DNA from: Dehalococcoidia bacterium
Lineage (GTDB): Bacteria; Chloroflexota; Dehalococcoidia; Plut-88900
DNA length: 64,000 nucleotides
Direction of reading: 5' to 3'
NCBI GenBank assembly: GCA_965197645.1
Contig: OZ240219.1
Span: 1,344,001 to 1,408,000 of the forward strand
Shown here: in pieces, positions 35,870-46,900 of the stretch
Layout of the letters: every line of letters begins with the position of its first letter
Numbering within the stretch: the stretch's first letter is position 1
Translations under genes and position numbers: made by a program
Notes under the pieces: model-generated
The model's database searches: none
What the model was told of the DNA's origin: nothing
What the model saw: the letters and a program-made list of their open reading frames with translations, nothing else

Positions 35870-37500
35870 ACGAACGACACGACTACACGCCAGCGGCCCT
35901 CTACGCCAGGGTGTCCAGCGACCGCCAGGACGTGGACCTGTCCGTGGCCGCACAGCTCAGGGCGCTCAGGGACTACGCCGACAAGAACGGCTACCTCGTC
36001 GCCCGCGAGTTCGTGGACGAGGCCGAGAGCGGACGCATCGCCGACCGCCCGGAGTTCAGCAAGATGATCGACGAGGCGAGCAGGCCCCAGGCTCCGTTCC
36101 AGGAGATTTTGGTCTGGAAGTTCTCCCGCTTCACCCGCAAGCGCGAGCACGCCGTCGCCTTCAAGTCCATGCTCCGGCGCAAGGGCGTCAGGGTGGTCTC
36201 CATCACCGAGCAGGCCGACGACAGCCCGACCGGCAAGCTGCTTGAGGGAATCATCGAGAGCGTGGACGAATTCTACAGCGAGAATTTGGCCCAGGAGGTC
36301 TTGCGAGGCATGAGAGAGGCCGCCTCTCGCGGCTTCTGGGTCGGCAGCAAGGCGCCCTACGGCTACAACCGCATCATGGTGCAGGACGGGCCGAAGAAGC
36401 GCCCCACGCTGGAGCTGGACCCGGATACGTCCCCCGTCGTCAAGCGCATCTTCGGCATGTCCGAGGCGGGAAGCGGGATGGTGGACATCACCCGCGCCCT
36501 GAACGACGACGGCATCGCCAGCCCAGGGGGAAAGCTCTGGGGCAAGACCGGCGTCCACAAGGTCCTTACCAACGAGGCTTACACGGGGACTCTCCTGTGG
36601 GGCGTGAACGCCAAGGACGGGGCCGACCCGGTGCGGGTGGAGAAGGCATTCCCGGCCATCGTCTCAAAGGCTCAGTTTCAGCGAGTCGGCAGGCAGCTGC
36701 GCCGCCGCGCCCCCAAGGTCGTGCATCCCCGAAGGGCGGGAAGCTCCTACCTGCTTAGCGGGCTGATCAAGTGCAAGACCTGCAAGAGGGCGCTCAGCGG
36801 CCAGTATTCCAAGAGCGGCCAGTTCCCATACTACGTCTGCCAGTCCCTTATGAAGCGGGGCAAGGAAGCCTGCAAGACCCCCAGGCTCGCCGCCCGGCGC
36901 TTCGAGGAGATGGTCGTCAACAAGATTCGCTCGAACGTCCTCACCGACTCCAACATCCGCGCCCTGGTGAAGGTCGTGGACGAGCAGATGGACGGTGTGG
37001 CGGGTGAGCAGCGCAAGAGGCTGGAGACCATCCAGTCCGAGCTTGCCGACGTGCGCCGCAGGCTCGACCGGCTCTACGACCTCGTGGAGACCACTGATAT
37101 GGAAATCAACGACTTCAGGCCCCGTATCCGCGACCACAGGGAGCGGCAGGAGCGTCTTGAGGCGGCGGAGGCGGAGGCGAGAGCGAGCCTCGGCCAGCGC
37201 AGGAAGGTGCTGGAACAGGTGGAGACCATCACCGCCTACGCCCAGGATATGAGCAGGTTCCTGAAGAAGAGCGGGCTGACCGAGCGCAGGACCTTCATCG
37301 AGTCCTTCGTCAAGGAGATCGTCGTCACGCCCGACAATGCCCTGATGCGCTACACGGTGCCCATGCCGGAGGATAGCCTCGCACCCGGCATGAGCGCCGA
37401 GGACATGGCGCTGAACGGCTCGGTGCTATCTACCGTGCCGGTTGGTGGGCCATCCTGGACTCGAACCAGGGACCTCGGTCTTATCAGGACCGCGCTCTAA
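35866..37500 (+). CDS. Large serine recombinase (integrase)
   Basis: YARVSS, SRFTR, PYGY, Zn ribbon CKTC..C..C, coiled coil; AAGGAGG RBS; stop lies within the antisense of the tRNA. Confidence 0.93.
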   Translation: MNERHDYTPAALYARVSSDRQDVDLSVAAQLRALRDYADKNGYLVAREFVDEAESGRIADRPEFSKMIDEASRPQAPFQEILVWKFSRFTRKREHAVAFKSMLRRKGVRVVSITEQADDSPTGKLLEGIIESVDEFYSENLAQEVLRGMREAASRGFWVGSKAPYGYNRIMVQDGPKKRPTLELDPDTSPVVKRIFGMSEAGSGMVDITRALNDDGIASPGGKLWGKTGVHKVLTNEAYTGTLLWGVNAKDGADPVRVEKAFPAIVSKAQFQRVGRQLRRRAPKVVHPRRAGSSYLLSGLIKCKTCKRALSGQYSKSGQFPYYVCQSLMKRGKEACKTPRLAARRFEEMVVNKIRSNVLTDSNIRALVKVVDEQMDGVAGEQRKRLETIQSELADVRRRLDRLYDLVETTDMEINDFRPRIRDHRERQERLEAAEAEARASLGQRRKVLEQVETITAYAQDMSRFLKKSGLTERRTFIESFVKEIVVTPDNALMRYTVPMPEDSLAPGMSAEDMALNGSVLSTVPVGGPSWTRTRDLGLIRTAL

Positions 37501-37519
37501 CCACCTGAGCTAATGGCCC
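37443..37519 (-). tRNA. tRNA-Ile (GAT)
   Basis: GGGCCAT acceptor stem, D-arm AGCTCAGGTGGTTAGAGC, anticodon loop CTGATAA, GGTTCGAGTCC, CCA end; 77 nt. Confidence 0.97.
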
Positions 37520-37561
37520 ACGCTCACCGATATCATCATATCACTGGTCGCTGGGGAGTGA

Positions 37562-38452
37562 CTAGCTTGGGACGCCGGCAGGGGATTTCATCTTCGCGTT
37601 GATAGTGCCGGTGGAGATGATGTGCTTCTGCATCTGCATCTCCTTCGGATCGAATCCCAGGGCCAGGCCAACCATCTGGGGAAGGTGCAGTATGGGGAGG
37701 TCTATCCGCTTGCCTTTTTGGGCCGCCGCCCGGGGCTGGTTTCCGTCCAGTTCCAGGTGGCACAGGGGGCACGGGGTCACGATGGCGTCCGCTCCCTTTT
37801 CCTTGGCCTCCAGTGTGTGGTTTCCGCACATCTCCAGCGAGTTCTCCTCGTTGGGGATCAGTATGGGAAACCCGCAGCATTTGCCCTTGCCTTTGGTGGC
37901 TATTAGCTCTCCGCCCAGCGCCTCGATGGTGTTCTCCAGGGCCTTCTTGCGGCCCTCTTTGCCCTTGGGGACCACTACCTCTGGGGGACGGCGCAGGTAG
38001 CAACCGTAGAACGCGGCCAGCTTAAGATCGGATAGGGGAGTGACAACCTGTTCCTTCAGCTTATCCAGGCCATAGTCCTCGTCCAGGACCCAGAGGAAGT
38101 GCTTGACCTCGGTGGTGCCCTTGTACTCCAATCCCTCTTCGGCCAGGAATTCCCGATTGATCCGCTCTCGATACCCGGGGTCGTTTACCAGCCTGTGGTT
38201 GGCCTGCATGATAGTGCCTTGGCAGGTGCTGCAGATGGTCATGATGGGGAGGCCCATTACCTCGGCCTTGGCCAGGGTACGAGCGTTGATCGGATCCGAG
38301 ACCTCTCGGCTGAGGACTCCGGCCCCTGTGCAGCCCACGTCTTTCAGTTCCACCAGCTCGATGCCGAGCTTCTTGGTCACCTTCACCGCTGCCGGGTAGA
38401 GCTCGGGGCAGCCGCCGCGAGAGACGCAGCCTGGGTAGAATGCATACTTCAT
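37562..38452 (-). CDS. HdrB/SdhE-like CCG-domain subunit
   Basis: YAFYPGC, CSTC, YGC, CCG, CPLC; ATGA-coupled to sdhB. Confidence 0.88.
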   Translation of the reverse strand: MKYAFYPGCVSRGGCPELYPAAVKVTKKLGIELVELKDVGCTGAGVLSREVSDPINARTLAKAEVMGLPIMTICSTCQGTIMQANHRLVNDPGYRERINREFLAEEGLEYKGTTEVKHFLWVLDEDYGLDKLKEQVVTPLSDLKLAAFYGCYLRRPPEVVVPKGKEGRKKALENTIEALGGELIATKGKGKCCGFPILIPNEENSLEMCGNHTLEAKEKGADAIVTPCPLCHLELDGNQPRAAAQKGKRIDLPILHLPQMVGLALGFDPKEMQMQKHIISTGTINAKMKSPAGVPS

Positions 38453-39405
38453 TTCTTGGTAGCCTCCCACTTCTTGAAAATACGTTTGATGTGGCCTGAT
38501 CCGGGCCGCTTGTGATGGAGGAAGGGCATCGGAGCCTTGCGCTTGAGCATCGCCCTCATGGCCGTCGGCAGCAGCTTGACCAGACCGCCCGGGTTGAAGA
38601 ACCCTTCGGTCTCGACGGCGAGGCGGGCCTCGTCCAGCCAGCCACTGGACTTCACCGAGGCGGCGAAGCTATCGTTGTGCCTCCTGACCCTCGGCGTTCC
38701 TATGTCGTACTTGATGGCGTCGTCCCGCAGGGCCATTATCCGCTCCGTGGGATCGATCCCCTTGGGGCAGTGCTCGGTGGCCTCGTAACAGTGGACGCAG
38801 CCCCACATGCCCCGGACCTCGCTCCACTCCGTTAGCCTGCTCTTGACTTTGGTATGGCGAGGGTCCTTGGCGACACGGTACGCCTTGGTCATGGCGGCCG
38901 GTCCCAGGAAGCTCTTGTCCACGACCAGCGTGGTGCAGCCCTCGTCACACAGGCTGCACATGGTGCAGCTCATGGCCTCCTGCAGGTCTTCGATGACCTC
39001 GCTGGAGACCCTGTACTCTTCGGCCGGCTCCGGGCTGGCGGTATCTATCCAGGGCTTGACGTCCCGGTACTTATCGAACAGGAAGGTCTCCTGGTCGAAT
39101 ATCAGGTCCTTCTGCACGTTGACCAGGCGAATCGGCTCCACCGAGATCTCACCCTCTTTGGCCACCTTCCCGACGAGGGTCCGGCACGTCACCTTACCCT
39201 TTCCGCCGACCCTCATGGTGCAGTCTCCGCAGAATCCGGAGCGGCAGGAGCCTCGAAAGGCCAGGGTGCCGTCCTGCTCCTCACGTAGCCGGATCAGGGC
39301 GTCCAGAACGGTGGTGTCCTCTTCCAGGTCCAGGGTATAGCTCTGGTGCTCCCCCTTTCCGTTGGTGACCGCATCGTACCGGCGTATCTTGAACGTAAGC
39401 TCCAT
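38449..39405 (-). CDS. sdhB: Succinate dehydrogenase/fumarate reductase Fe-S subunit
   Basis: [32 protein letters not shown]. Confidence 0.9.
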   Translation of the reverse strand: MELTFKIRRYDAVTNGKGEHQSYTLDLEEDTTVLDALIRLREEQDGTLAFRGSCRSGFCGDCTMRVGGKGKVTCRTLVGKVAKEGEISVEPIRLVNVQKDLIFDQETFLFDKYRDVKPWIDTASPEPAEEYRVSSEVIEDLQEAMSCTMCSLCDEGCTTLVVDKSFLGPAAMTKAYRVAKDPRHTKVKSRLTEWSEVRGMWGCVHCYEATEHCPKGIDPTERIMALRDDAIKYDIGTPRVRRHNDSFAASVKSSGWLDEARLAVETEGFFNPGGLVKLLPTAMRAMLKRKAPMPFLHHKRPGSGHIKRIFKKWEATKK

Positions 39406-41052
39406 CTAGTTCTTCCCTTCCAGAGGCCAGCGGGTAACTGTGACCGGTTCATACTCCAGCTTGGGCCCTTCATCGAAACTTGTGGCGATGGTGTGTTTCA
39501 GCCAGTTTTGATCGTCTCGACCTGAGTGGTCCGTTCGGCTATGGGTCCCACGGCTCTCCTGCCTGCCGAGCGCGCCGGCGATGGTAACCGAGGCCGCGTC
39601 CAGCATGTTTGCCAGCTCCAGGACGGAGGTGAGGTCGGAGTTGAAAGTTTCGGAGCTGTTCTGCACGCCCAGGCTCTCGCAGCGCTCTCGTAGACCGACG
39701 ATAGCGTCAGAGGCCTGTTTGAGGCCGCTTTCGTCTCGAGAAATGCCCACGTTGTCGTTCATGCTGGCCGAAAGCTCTCGAAGCAGTCCACCCGGGTTGT
39801 CGGCACCCCTCTCTTTGGATAGCAGGCCTTTGATACGGGCTTCTTCGTCGGATAGAGCGGAGCCGGAGGGGCCTGACTTGGATGCGCCCGTACCATGACC
39901 GGCGGCTGCAGCCCCCGCTCTGGTGCCCATCACAACGCACTCCAGCAGCGAGTTGCCTCCCAGCCGGTTGGCGCCGTGAAAGCCCGTGTTGGCGCATTCG
40001 CCGGCCGCGTACAGGCCGGTGACCGAAGTTGCTCCCTCGGCATCGGTCTTGATGCCGCCGATGGGACGGTGCATGGCGGGCCGCACCGGCACTGGCTCTT
40101 TCGTCAGATCGATTCCGGCCAGGTCCTTTACGAGGGCCCTGGTCTCTTTTAGTCCCTTGGCGAGCCGGCCTGGATCTACCTCGGTGAAGTCGAGGAAGAC
40201 GTCGCCGTTACCCAGAGCGGAGTCGACCGCTCGGGCGCAGGCATCGCTGGTAGACAGCTTGGACACGTCGCCGTCCAGGAGGCCTTTCCCTTCGCTGTCG
40301 ACCAATCGGGCGCCGGCGGCTCGAGCTGCTTCCGATATCAATATCCCCCGGTTCTTCAAGGTAGTGGGGGCGTACTGCACCATCTCCATGTCCCGGAGCT
40401 GGGCACCGGCTCGGTAGGCCAGGGCTAAGCCGTCGGCGGTGGCGCCCAGGGACGATGTACTGGGCGCGTACATCCTGCCGGTCCCTCCGGTGGCCAGCAC
40501 TACGGCGCCCGCGGAGAACGCCTCCATGCCGCCCTTGCGAAGGTCCTTCGCCAGCACGCCTTTGCAGGTGCCGTCATCCACAACGAGAGACGAGGCGAAC
40601 CACTCGTGGTAGACGGGGATTTCCAGTCTCAGTATCTGCTCGTACAGGACCTGGAGGATGTTGTGGCCGGTGGCATCCGAGCAGTAGCAGGTGCGGGGAT
40701 GGGTCGACCCTGCGAAGGAGATCTGGTCGATCCTGCCTTCGCCGTCTCGGTTGAAGGCCACCCCCATGTGCTCCAGCCTGATGACTTCCTGGGCTGCATC
40801 CTGGCAGATAGCCTCGATTACGTCCTGCTCGTTCAGATAGTCGCCCGCGGCGACGGTATCGGCGGCGTGGGCTTCCCAGGAGTCGTCGCCCCGCAGGCTG
40901 GCGTTGATGCCGCTATGGGTGCCGGAGGAGTGGCTGCGCAGGGGATGAAGCTTCGAAAGGACCGCCACGCGGGCGCCCTGCTCTTGGGCCGAGATGGCGG
41001 CGCGCATTCCGCTGAATCCGCCGCCTACAACAAGTACATCGTGTTCGGGCAA
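39406..41052 (-). CDS. sdhA: SdhA/FrdA-family flavoprotein (divergent active site)
   Basis: GGGFSG, RSHS, LATGG, HGANRLGGNSL, RQESRG.H.R.D. Confidence 0.85.
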   Translation of the reverse strand: MPEHDVLVVGGGFSGMRAAISAQEQGARVAVLSKLHPLRSHSSGTHSGINASLRGDDSWEAHAADTVAAGDYLNEQDVIEAICQDAAQEVIRLEHMGVAFNRDGEGRIDQISFAGSTHPRTCYCSDATGHNILQVLYEQILRLEIPVYHEWFASSLVVDDGTCKGVLAKDLRKGGMEAFSAGAVVLATGGTGRMYAPSTSSLGATADGLALAYRAGAQLRDMEMVQYAPTTLKNRGILISEAARAAGARLVDSEGKGLLDGDVSKLSTSDACARAVDSALGNGDVFLDFTEVDPGRLAKGLKETRALVKDLAGIDLTKEPVPVRPAMHRPIGGIKTDAEGATSVTGLYAAGECANTGFHGANRLGGNSLLECVVMGTRAGAAAAGHGTGASKSGPSGSALSDEEARIKGLLSKERGADNPGGLLRELSASMNDNVGISRDESGLKQASDAIVGLRERCESLGVQNSSETFNSDLTSVLELANMLDAASVTIAGALGRQESRGTHSRTDHSGRDDQNWLKHTIATSFDEGPKLEYEPVTVTRWPLEGKN

Positions 41053-41108
41053 GTGTCTCCCTCAGGTTTGAGATGGGGGCTTTGTATGCCGGGATGAATG
41101 TCAGCCGA

Positions 41109-41519
41109 TTATAAGTAAAGTAGGGGAATTAGGTCAACTGATTGCACTCGTTCGGTAGATGGGTGACACATGAGGCCTTTGTTTGACTTGTATTGATGAT
41201 GGAGGAACCGAAGGGGAGTGAGGTAGCCGAGGGGCTGGCTGGGGCGTACGGTATTGTAGACCTCCTCCCAGTTGCGAAGGGCCTGGTTGAGAGGGCCCAT
41301 ATCCGGGTCGCCGTAGATCTCATAGAACTCCTCCGTGTGGGTGCGCTGGGCCATTTCCACATGGCCATTAAGCTTGGGAGAGCGGGGAGGAAGTACGAAG
41401 AGACGTAGCCCCAGCTCCTTGCAGGCATCTTCGCCCTGCTTACTGTACCGCTTGCTATCCTCATCATGACACCATTCCAGGTGCCACCTATCTTTCTGAA
41501 CGAGGTCAGACTCTTCCAA
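41109..41519 (-). pseudogene. IS481-like integrase-core transposase remnant
   Basis: LPPRSPKLNGHVE..QRTH.EEFY, YNTVRP..LGYLTP; N-terminus missing. Confidence 0.75.
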
Positions 41520-41974
41520 GAATGGCCGCCGAGGAGATGTCCATCTCAGTACCCCATCGAGGAGTCCGGACAGTTTTCCTTCCTTCGATAGCAGCGCTCA
41601 GTCCAGTACCCGTCTATCACCGAAAGGGTGGGCCGCGCGTCTCGGTCGCGAGGGGAATACCGTCCGGCGCTAGTGCCGGTGGAGTGGCTGGCTCCCGCCG
41701 GGAGCCCCTAAGGTCTCTTTTCAACATCCAGCCTGTGCAGGGTGCCCGCAGCAGAGGCGCCGGTGCCTAAATCTCATCAGTATGTTCCGGGGCACCAGCC
41801 AAACCCGAGCGTACCACGGCCCTGGGTCGGCCCATAGTAGTCTGAGGAATCCGGGTATCGCGCGCAGCAGGGCGAGCATGTCAACAGTATATCAGAGGCT
41901 TAGGTGAGAGTATCGTGACAACGTTGTCGAAGTGTTAGAATTGGGGCTCGCAGAGTACCGAGAAGGGAGACCAC

Positions 41975-42826
41975 ATGGCGATCAAGATAGTTACCGATAG
42001 CGTGTCCGACCTACCCCCCTCAGTGGTGCAGGCCAACGACATCACCGTGGTGCCCCTGTACGTCGCCATCGGAAGCGAGACCTACAAAGACGGTGTTGAT
42101 ATGGACGCCGATCGCTTCTATTCCCTCCTGCAGGAGCTTCCCCAGCTGCCCACGACGTCCCAACCCTCCGCTGCCGATTTCGAGGAGGTCTACCGGCCGC
42201 TGGTGGACGAGGGACACCAGATAGTGTCGGTTCACATAAGCTCCAAGCTCAGCGGCACGGTCAACTCCGCCCTCCAGGCCAAGGAGTCGATGGGGGAGGA
42301 AGCCCAGATTGAGATCGTGGACTCCGAGCTTGCCGGGGGCGCCCTGGGGTTGCTTGCGCTCAACGCTGCCCGATGGGCCAAGGAGATGTCCGACCATGGT
42401 GAACTGGCGCAGCGGGTACGCCAGTCGATCCCGAAAAACCTCGCGTTCGTGGTGATCGACACCCTGAAGTACCTGGAAAAAGGCGGGCGCATCGGCAAGG
42501 CCCAGGCTTTCCTCGGCGGGGTGCTCCAGTTCAAGCCCATACTGAGCGTCAGAGATGGCGAGGTCCACCCGGTGGAGCGTCCCCGAACCCGCAGGCGGGC
42601 ATTGGCCAGGATCGTCGAGCTGGTGCGCGGGATGGCCCCAATTAGCCAGATGCACATAAGCCACAGCACAGGCCCGGACGACGCCCAAGCCGTCCGCGAT
42701 CAGCTGGCAGACCTGGTGGAGCCTGAGCACATCATCGAGTCCCGGTTCGGCCCGGTCCTGGGCACACATCTCGGCCCCAACACCATCGGGGTGGGGCTCA
42801 CCCGCGGGGACGCTGAGGACAAGTAG
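41975..42826 (+). CDS. DegV family fatty-acid-binding protein
   Basis: IVTDS, PTTSQPS, ISSKLSGT, L.KGGRIG, GTHLGP. Confidence 0.95.
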   Translation: MAIKIVTDSVSDLPPSVVQANDITVVPLYVAIGSETYKDGVDMDADRFYSLLQELPQLPTTSQPSAADFEEVYRPLVDEGHQIVSVHISSKLSGTVNSALQAKESMGEEAQIEIVDSELAGGALGLLALNAARWAKEMSDHGELAQRVRQSIPKNLAFVVIDTLKYLEKGGRIGKAQAFLGGVLQFKPILSVRDGEVHPVERPRTRRRALARIVELVRGMAPISQMHISHSTGPDDAQAVRDQLADLVEPEHIIESRFGPVLGTHLGPNTIGVGLTRGDAEDK

Positions 42827-43165
42827 CCGCGGCTTGACTTGCGCGGTTGATGTACTTCAATAAGTCGTCGGCTATCCGGACACGCGAATTGCCGTGAGTT
42901 CCTCTGCGTTCGACTGCGCCGTGGGCCTATCCACGTGAATATCTGGGTCACGGGATGACACCCACCTCTCGGAGAAACCGTGTCACCGGGACCGCCCGTC
43001 AACTTCGACCAGTGAGATCCCCCCGACTAGAAGCCGCCTGGTAGGACTGGGTCTACCGTCGGCTTCAGGTCCAGAACGAACCCCGGAATATAATATGGCC
43101 GTAGCAGCCCTCATAATAGGAGTACGGTGAAGGACGTACAGCTCGGTACGAGGTGAAAGATAGCG

Positions 43166-43900
43166 GTGAAGCTTTTCCGGAGCCGGCTGGCAAAAGGCAT
43201 AGTCGCCCTGGCAATGGTGACAGCGCTGGGCATCGCGGGGTACATGCTGATCGAAGGATGGTCGCTCCTTGATTCCGCCTACATGACCATTCTCACGTTC
43301 ACAACGGTAGGCTACGAGGAGGTGCACCCCCTCTCATCGGGCGGCCGTATCTTCACCATCTTCTTAATGATAGCCGGTGTAGGGGTGATGCTCTATGTCC
43401 TGACCACCATTGTCAATCTGGCGGTAGCGCATGAAGTTGTGGAGTACTTCATCCGGAGGCGTAGAAGGAGGGCGCACATGGCAAAGCTCAACGGTCACTT
43501 CATAGTATGCGGCGCTGGACGCGTCGGGATGTCGGTTGCTTACACACTCCGAAAGGAGTCGGTGCCGTTGATCGTGCTGGACAAGCATGCCGAATCGTTG
43601 GCGGAGGCTGAGGAGCAGGGCATGCTGTGCCTGCAGGGTGACGCTACCAGGGATGCCGACCTGCTATCCGCTCAGATAGACAAGGCGGCCGGGCTTGTGG
43701 CAGCCACGGGCGATGACAGTGAAAACGTCTACATATCCCTGACGGCTAGGGGACTGAACCCCGGCCTGCACGTGGTGGCGCGGGCTTCCCGCGTCGAAGC
43801 TGAGGAAAAGCTGCGGAGGGCTGGAGCGGACAGGGTGGTATCCCCGTATGCGATAGGGGGTAGAGAGATGGCGCTCTCCGCGATGCAGAGGACCCGGTAG
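43166..43900 (+). CDS. Potassium channel family protein (2TM + TrkA-N/RCK)
   Basis: TTVGY pore motif; CGAGRVG; GDAT; RAGADRVVSP. Confidence 0.9.
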   Translation: MKLFRSRLAKGIVALAMVTALGIAGYMLIEGWSLLDSAYMTILTFTTVGYEEVHPLSSGGRIFTIFLMIAGVGVMLYVLTTIVNLAVAHEVVEYFIRRRRRRAHMAKLNGHFIVCGAGRVGMSVAYTLRKESVPLIVLDKHAESLAEAEEQGMLCLQGDATRDADLLSAQIDKAAGLVAATGDDSENVYISLTARGLNPGLHVVARASRVEAEEKLRRAGADRVVSPYAIGGREMALSAMQRTR

Positions 43901-43984
43901 GCGTTCCCGTTGCCGGACGACGGGTCCACGCCCCCTCTTCGATAACCGTCTCGGCGTTGCCGCCCAAGAACTTCTCGTCTATGG

Positions 43985-46900
43985 CTACTCCTCTTCAGGG
44001 AACAGCACCACCCGGATGTAGTTGTCGTCAACCAGGTAGCGCTGAGCGGCGGCGGCTACATGCTCCAGGGTCAACTCCTCCAGCCGATCATCGAAGCCAA
44101 CTATCTCCATGAACGGTTCACCCTGCTGTGCGGCGGTCTGGATCTGATTGAGCCAGAAGCCGTTTTCCCGCAGCCGTTCCTCCCGGTTGGTGCGCAGAAG
44201 CTCCTTGACTTTATCCAGGTATTCCTGCTCGCCTCCCGCCCGCAGCCAGTCCACTTCTTCCAACACCTCTTCGAAGAGCTCTTCGGTGCGGGTAGGGTCG
44301 CTGCCGAAGATGATGGCGACCAGGTACTCGGGATCCGGCAGTCTAGACCCGCCGGCATCGACGAAGATGCTATAGGTGCCGCCAAGCGCCTCCCGGATTC
44401 GCTCGCGGAGACGGATGCCGAGCATCTCCCCCGCCACATTGAGGGTCAGGGCTTCCTGCCGGCTCCACTTCATATCTCCGGCAAAGACCACCACGGTGTT
44501 GCTTCGCGGCTCGATGCCGCTGCGGACAGTCTGGTCGATTATGCCCGTCGGCGGGTCGATCCCCACGTCTTCCCACTCCTCGGCGCGCCCGGTTGCCGGC
44601 AAGCTGGCCAGGTAGGTAGCGGTCAACGAACGCAGGTTTTCCCAGTCGAAGGCGCCCACGAAAACGAAGGTAGCGTCGCCCATGTCCGCAAATCGGTCGG
44701 TGTACACAGCTTCCGCTCGTTCCAGGCTCAGCTCCTCCAACAGTTCGACGGTGAGTGGCCGACCACGGAAGTGGTTCTGGCTGCGTAAAGTATTGACGGT
44801 GTCGAAGAGGACGCCGTCCGGCTGGGCCGCTCGAGTCTCGGCGATGCTGCGCAGTCTCGCTTCGTACTGTGCGAAGACGGTCGGATCCAGCCGTGGTGCG
44901 GTCGCATACAGAGTAATCAGCTGGAATAGGGTCTCCAGGTCTTCCGGGGAGGCGCTGCCGCCAAAGCCTTCAAACAACTCTCCAATGTAAGGGGACACCG
45001 AGACCACTTTGCCGGCCAACAGCTTCTCCAGGGCCACGTTGTCGTGCGGCCCCACGCCGCTGCCGGCGGCCAAAGCGGCGGCGTAAAGAGCGGACACGTG
45101 GTCCTCGTCTGTGACCAACGAGTGCCCGCCAGGACTGAAGGCCGCAAATTCCACCTCATCGTCCCGGAAGTCGGTCTGCTTGGCGATCACGGTTATCCCG
45201 TTGGACAACGTCCATCTTTCGGCGTCGATAGACTCAATTTGCTCTTCACTGGTGATGCTCCCGGGAGTCGGAAGCGTTGCCAGCAGCGGGACATCGCCAA
45301 GGACGTCTACATAGGCATCCAACTCGAGGGTGTCGGCCGCCTCGATTCGCGCCAGGGCAACCGCGGTCAGCCCGCCATCCGAACCGGCCTCGGTCTCTTC
45401 GGGTCGGACGACCAGAAGCGCCGTGTCCTCTGACTTCGTCCAAGACTCCACCACTGCATCGAACTCCGCCAAAGAGATCTGCGGCAGGACCTCCTGGTAC
45501 AAGGCCCACTCAGCCTCGATGCCGGGGACCGGTATGCCTTTGAAAAAGTGGTTGACGTACCTGTTGGCCAGGTTCGCCGACAACGTTTGGTCACGTTGCT
45601 TGTACAAGCTCTCCACCGAGCTCAGCAGGTTGGCCTTCTCTCGAGTCAGCTCTCCACCGGTAAATCCGTGCTGGCTAACCCGCTGAATTTCCTCAAGCAT
45701 CGCCTCCAGCCCACGCTCTATCCCGTCCGGTTCCACCCACCCACCGAACGTCAGAATGTCCAACGGTTCCACATACCCGGAACGGCCTGCGCTAGCTGAC
45801 AGGTAAGGGGGATCTTCTGACTGGCCCCGCTCGAACAACCGGGAGTTCAGCATCATGAATGCGAGCGTTTCCGCAACGTAGCTCCGAAAAGCCGTCAGGT
45901 CTCGACCCGTGTCGGGGGCAAGCTTTCGGATAAGTACGAACTGGGAACCGGGCGACTCCGAATCGGTGAACACTTCGATGCGCGGCGTCTCGTGGCGTTC
46001 GAAGTCGAAGCCCGGCCTATCACTGGCAGACGCCGCGACAGCGGCGCTCGGTTGGTTGGCCTCGCCCTCCGGCGGCGGAGCAAAGTGCTGCTTCACCTTG
46101 GCCTCTATCAGCTCTACGTCGAAGTCGCCGACGACGATTACGGCCATCAGGTCAGGCCTGTACCAACGCTCGTAGAAAGCCCGAAGCTGTTCTACGGGCG
46201 CGGTCTCGATGACCTCCGGCAGGCCTATGGGAGTCCTCTGGCCATAGAGCGAGGAGCCGAAGAGCAGTTGGAACAAACTGTCCTCCAGGCGCGAACCGAA
46301 ACCCTGGTACAGGCGCCACTCCTCCATCACGACATCCCGCTCCAGCTCAACCTCCTCCGGGTCGAAGGAGATTGCGTAGGCCCAATCGCTGAGAATCTGG
46401 AAGGCGGTCTCGGTGATCACGGGATCATCGGTCGGAATCTCCAGATAGTACAGGGTGTCATCGAAGCTGGTCCTTGCGTTCAGGTCGGGACCAAAGCCGC
46501 TGCCAATGGACTCGAGGTAGTCGACGATCTCCTGCTTGGCGAAGCGCTCCGTACCATTGAACGCCATGTGCTCTACGAAGTGAGCCAGCCCCCGCTGCTC
46601 CTCCTCTTCATGGACCGAGCCGGCCCTAACAGCCAGCATCAACTGTGCCCTATCGCGGGGTTCCTCGTTGTGCCTGATGTAGTAGCTGAGGCCGTTGGAA
46701 AGGGTGCCGCGAACCACAGAGGGATCAAAGTCCAGAGGCTCATCGACCTCCGGTTCCGGAGCGGCTGTTGCCATGAGTTCCGGCGCCGGAGTGGATACTG
46801 GTGTAGGAGTGGCCGTAGGCTCCGGGCTCGCAGTGGGCGCGGCCTCCGGACTGGAAAGGGGAGTAGGCACCGCCGGAGTGGCTGTGGGTTCTGGGTCTGC

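Larger units (their letters stand above)
1..37519. mobile_element. Integrative conjugative element (right portion), integrated at tRNA-Ile; left boundary outside the window
   Basis: Large serine recombinase abutting/overlapping a tRNA 3' end, plus VirB4/VirD4/VirB6/pilin genes, relaxase, helicase and defence/adhesin cargo. Housekeeping genes start right after the tRNA. I saw no second tRNA-end copy in the window. Confidence 0.85.

Noticed and set aside
43075-43130. Sequence encoding ..NMAVAA resembling a tmRNA tag
   Set aside because: No stop after AA and no tRNA-like ends found.
43310-43325. TVGYE instead of TVGYG in the K+ channel filter
   Set aside because: Such variants are common in this prokaryotic 2TM-RCK family.
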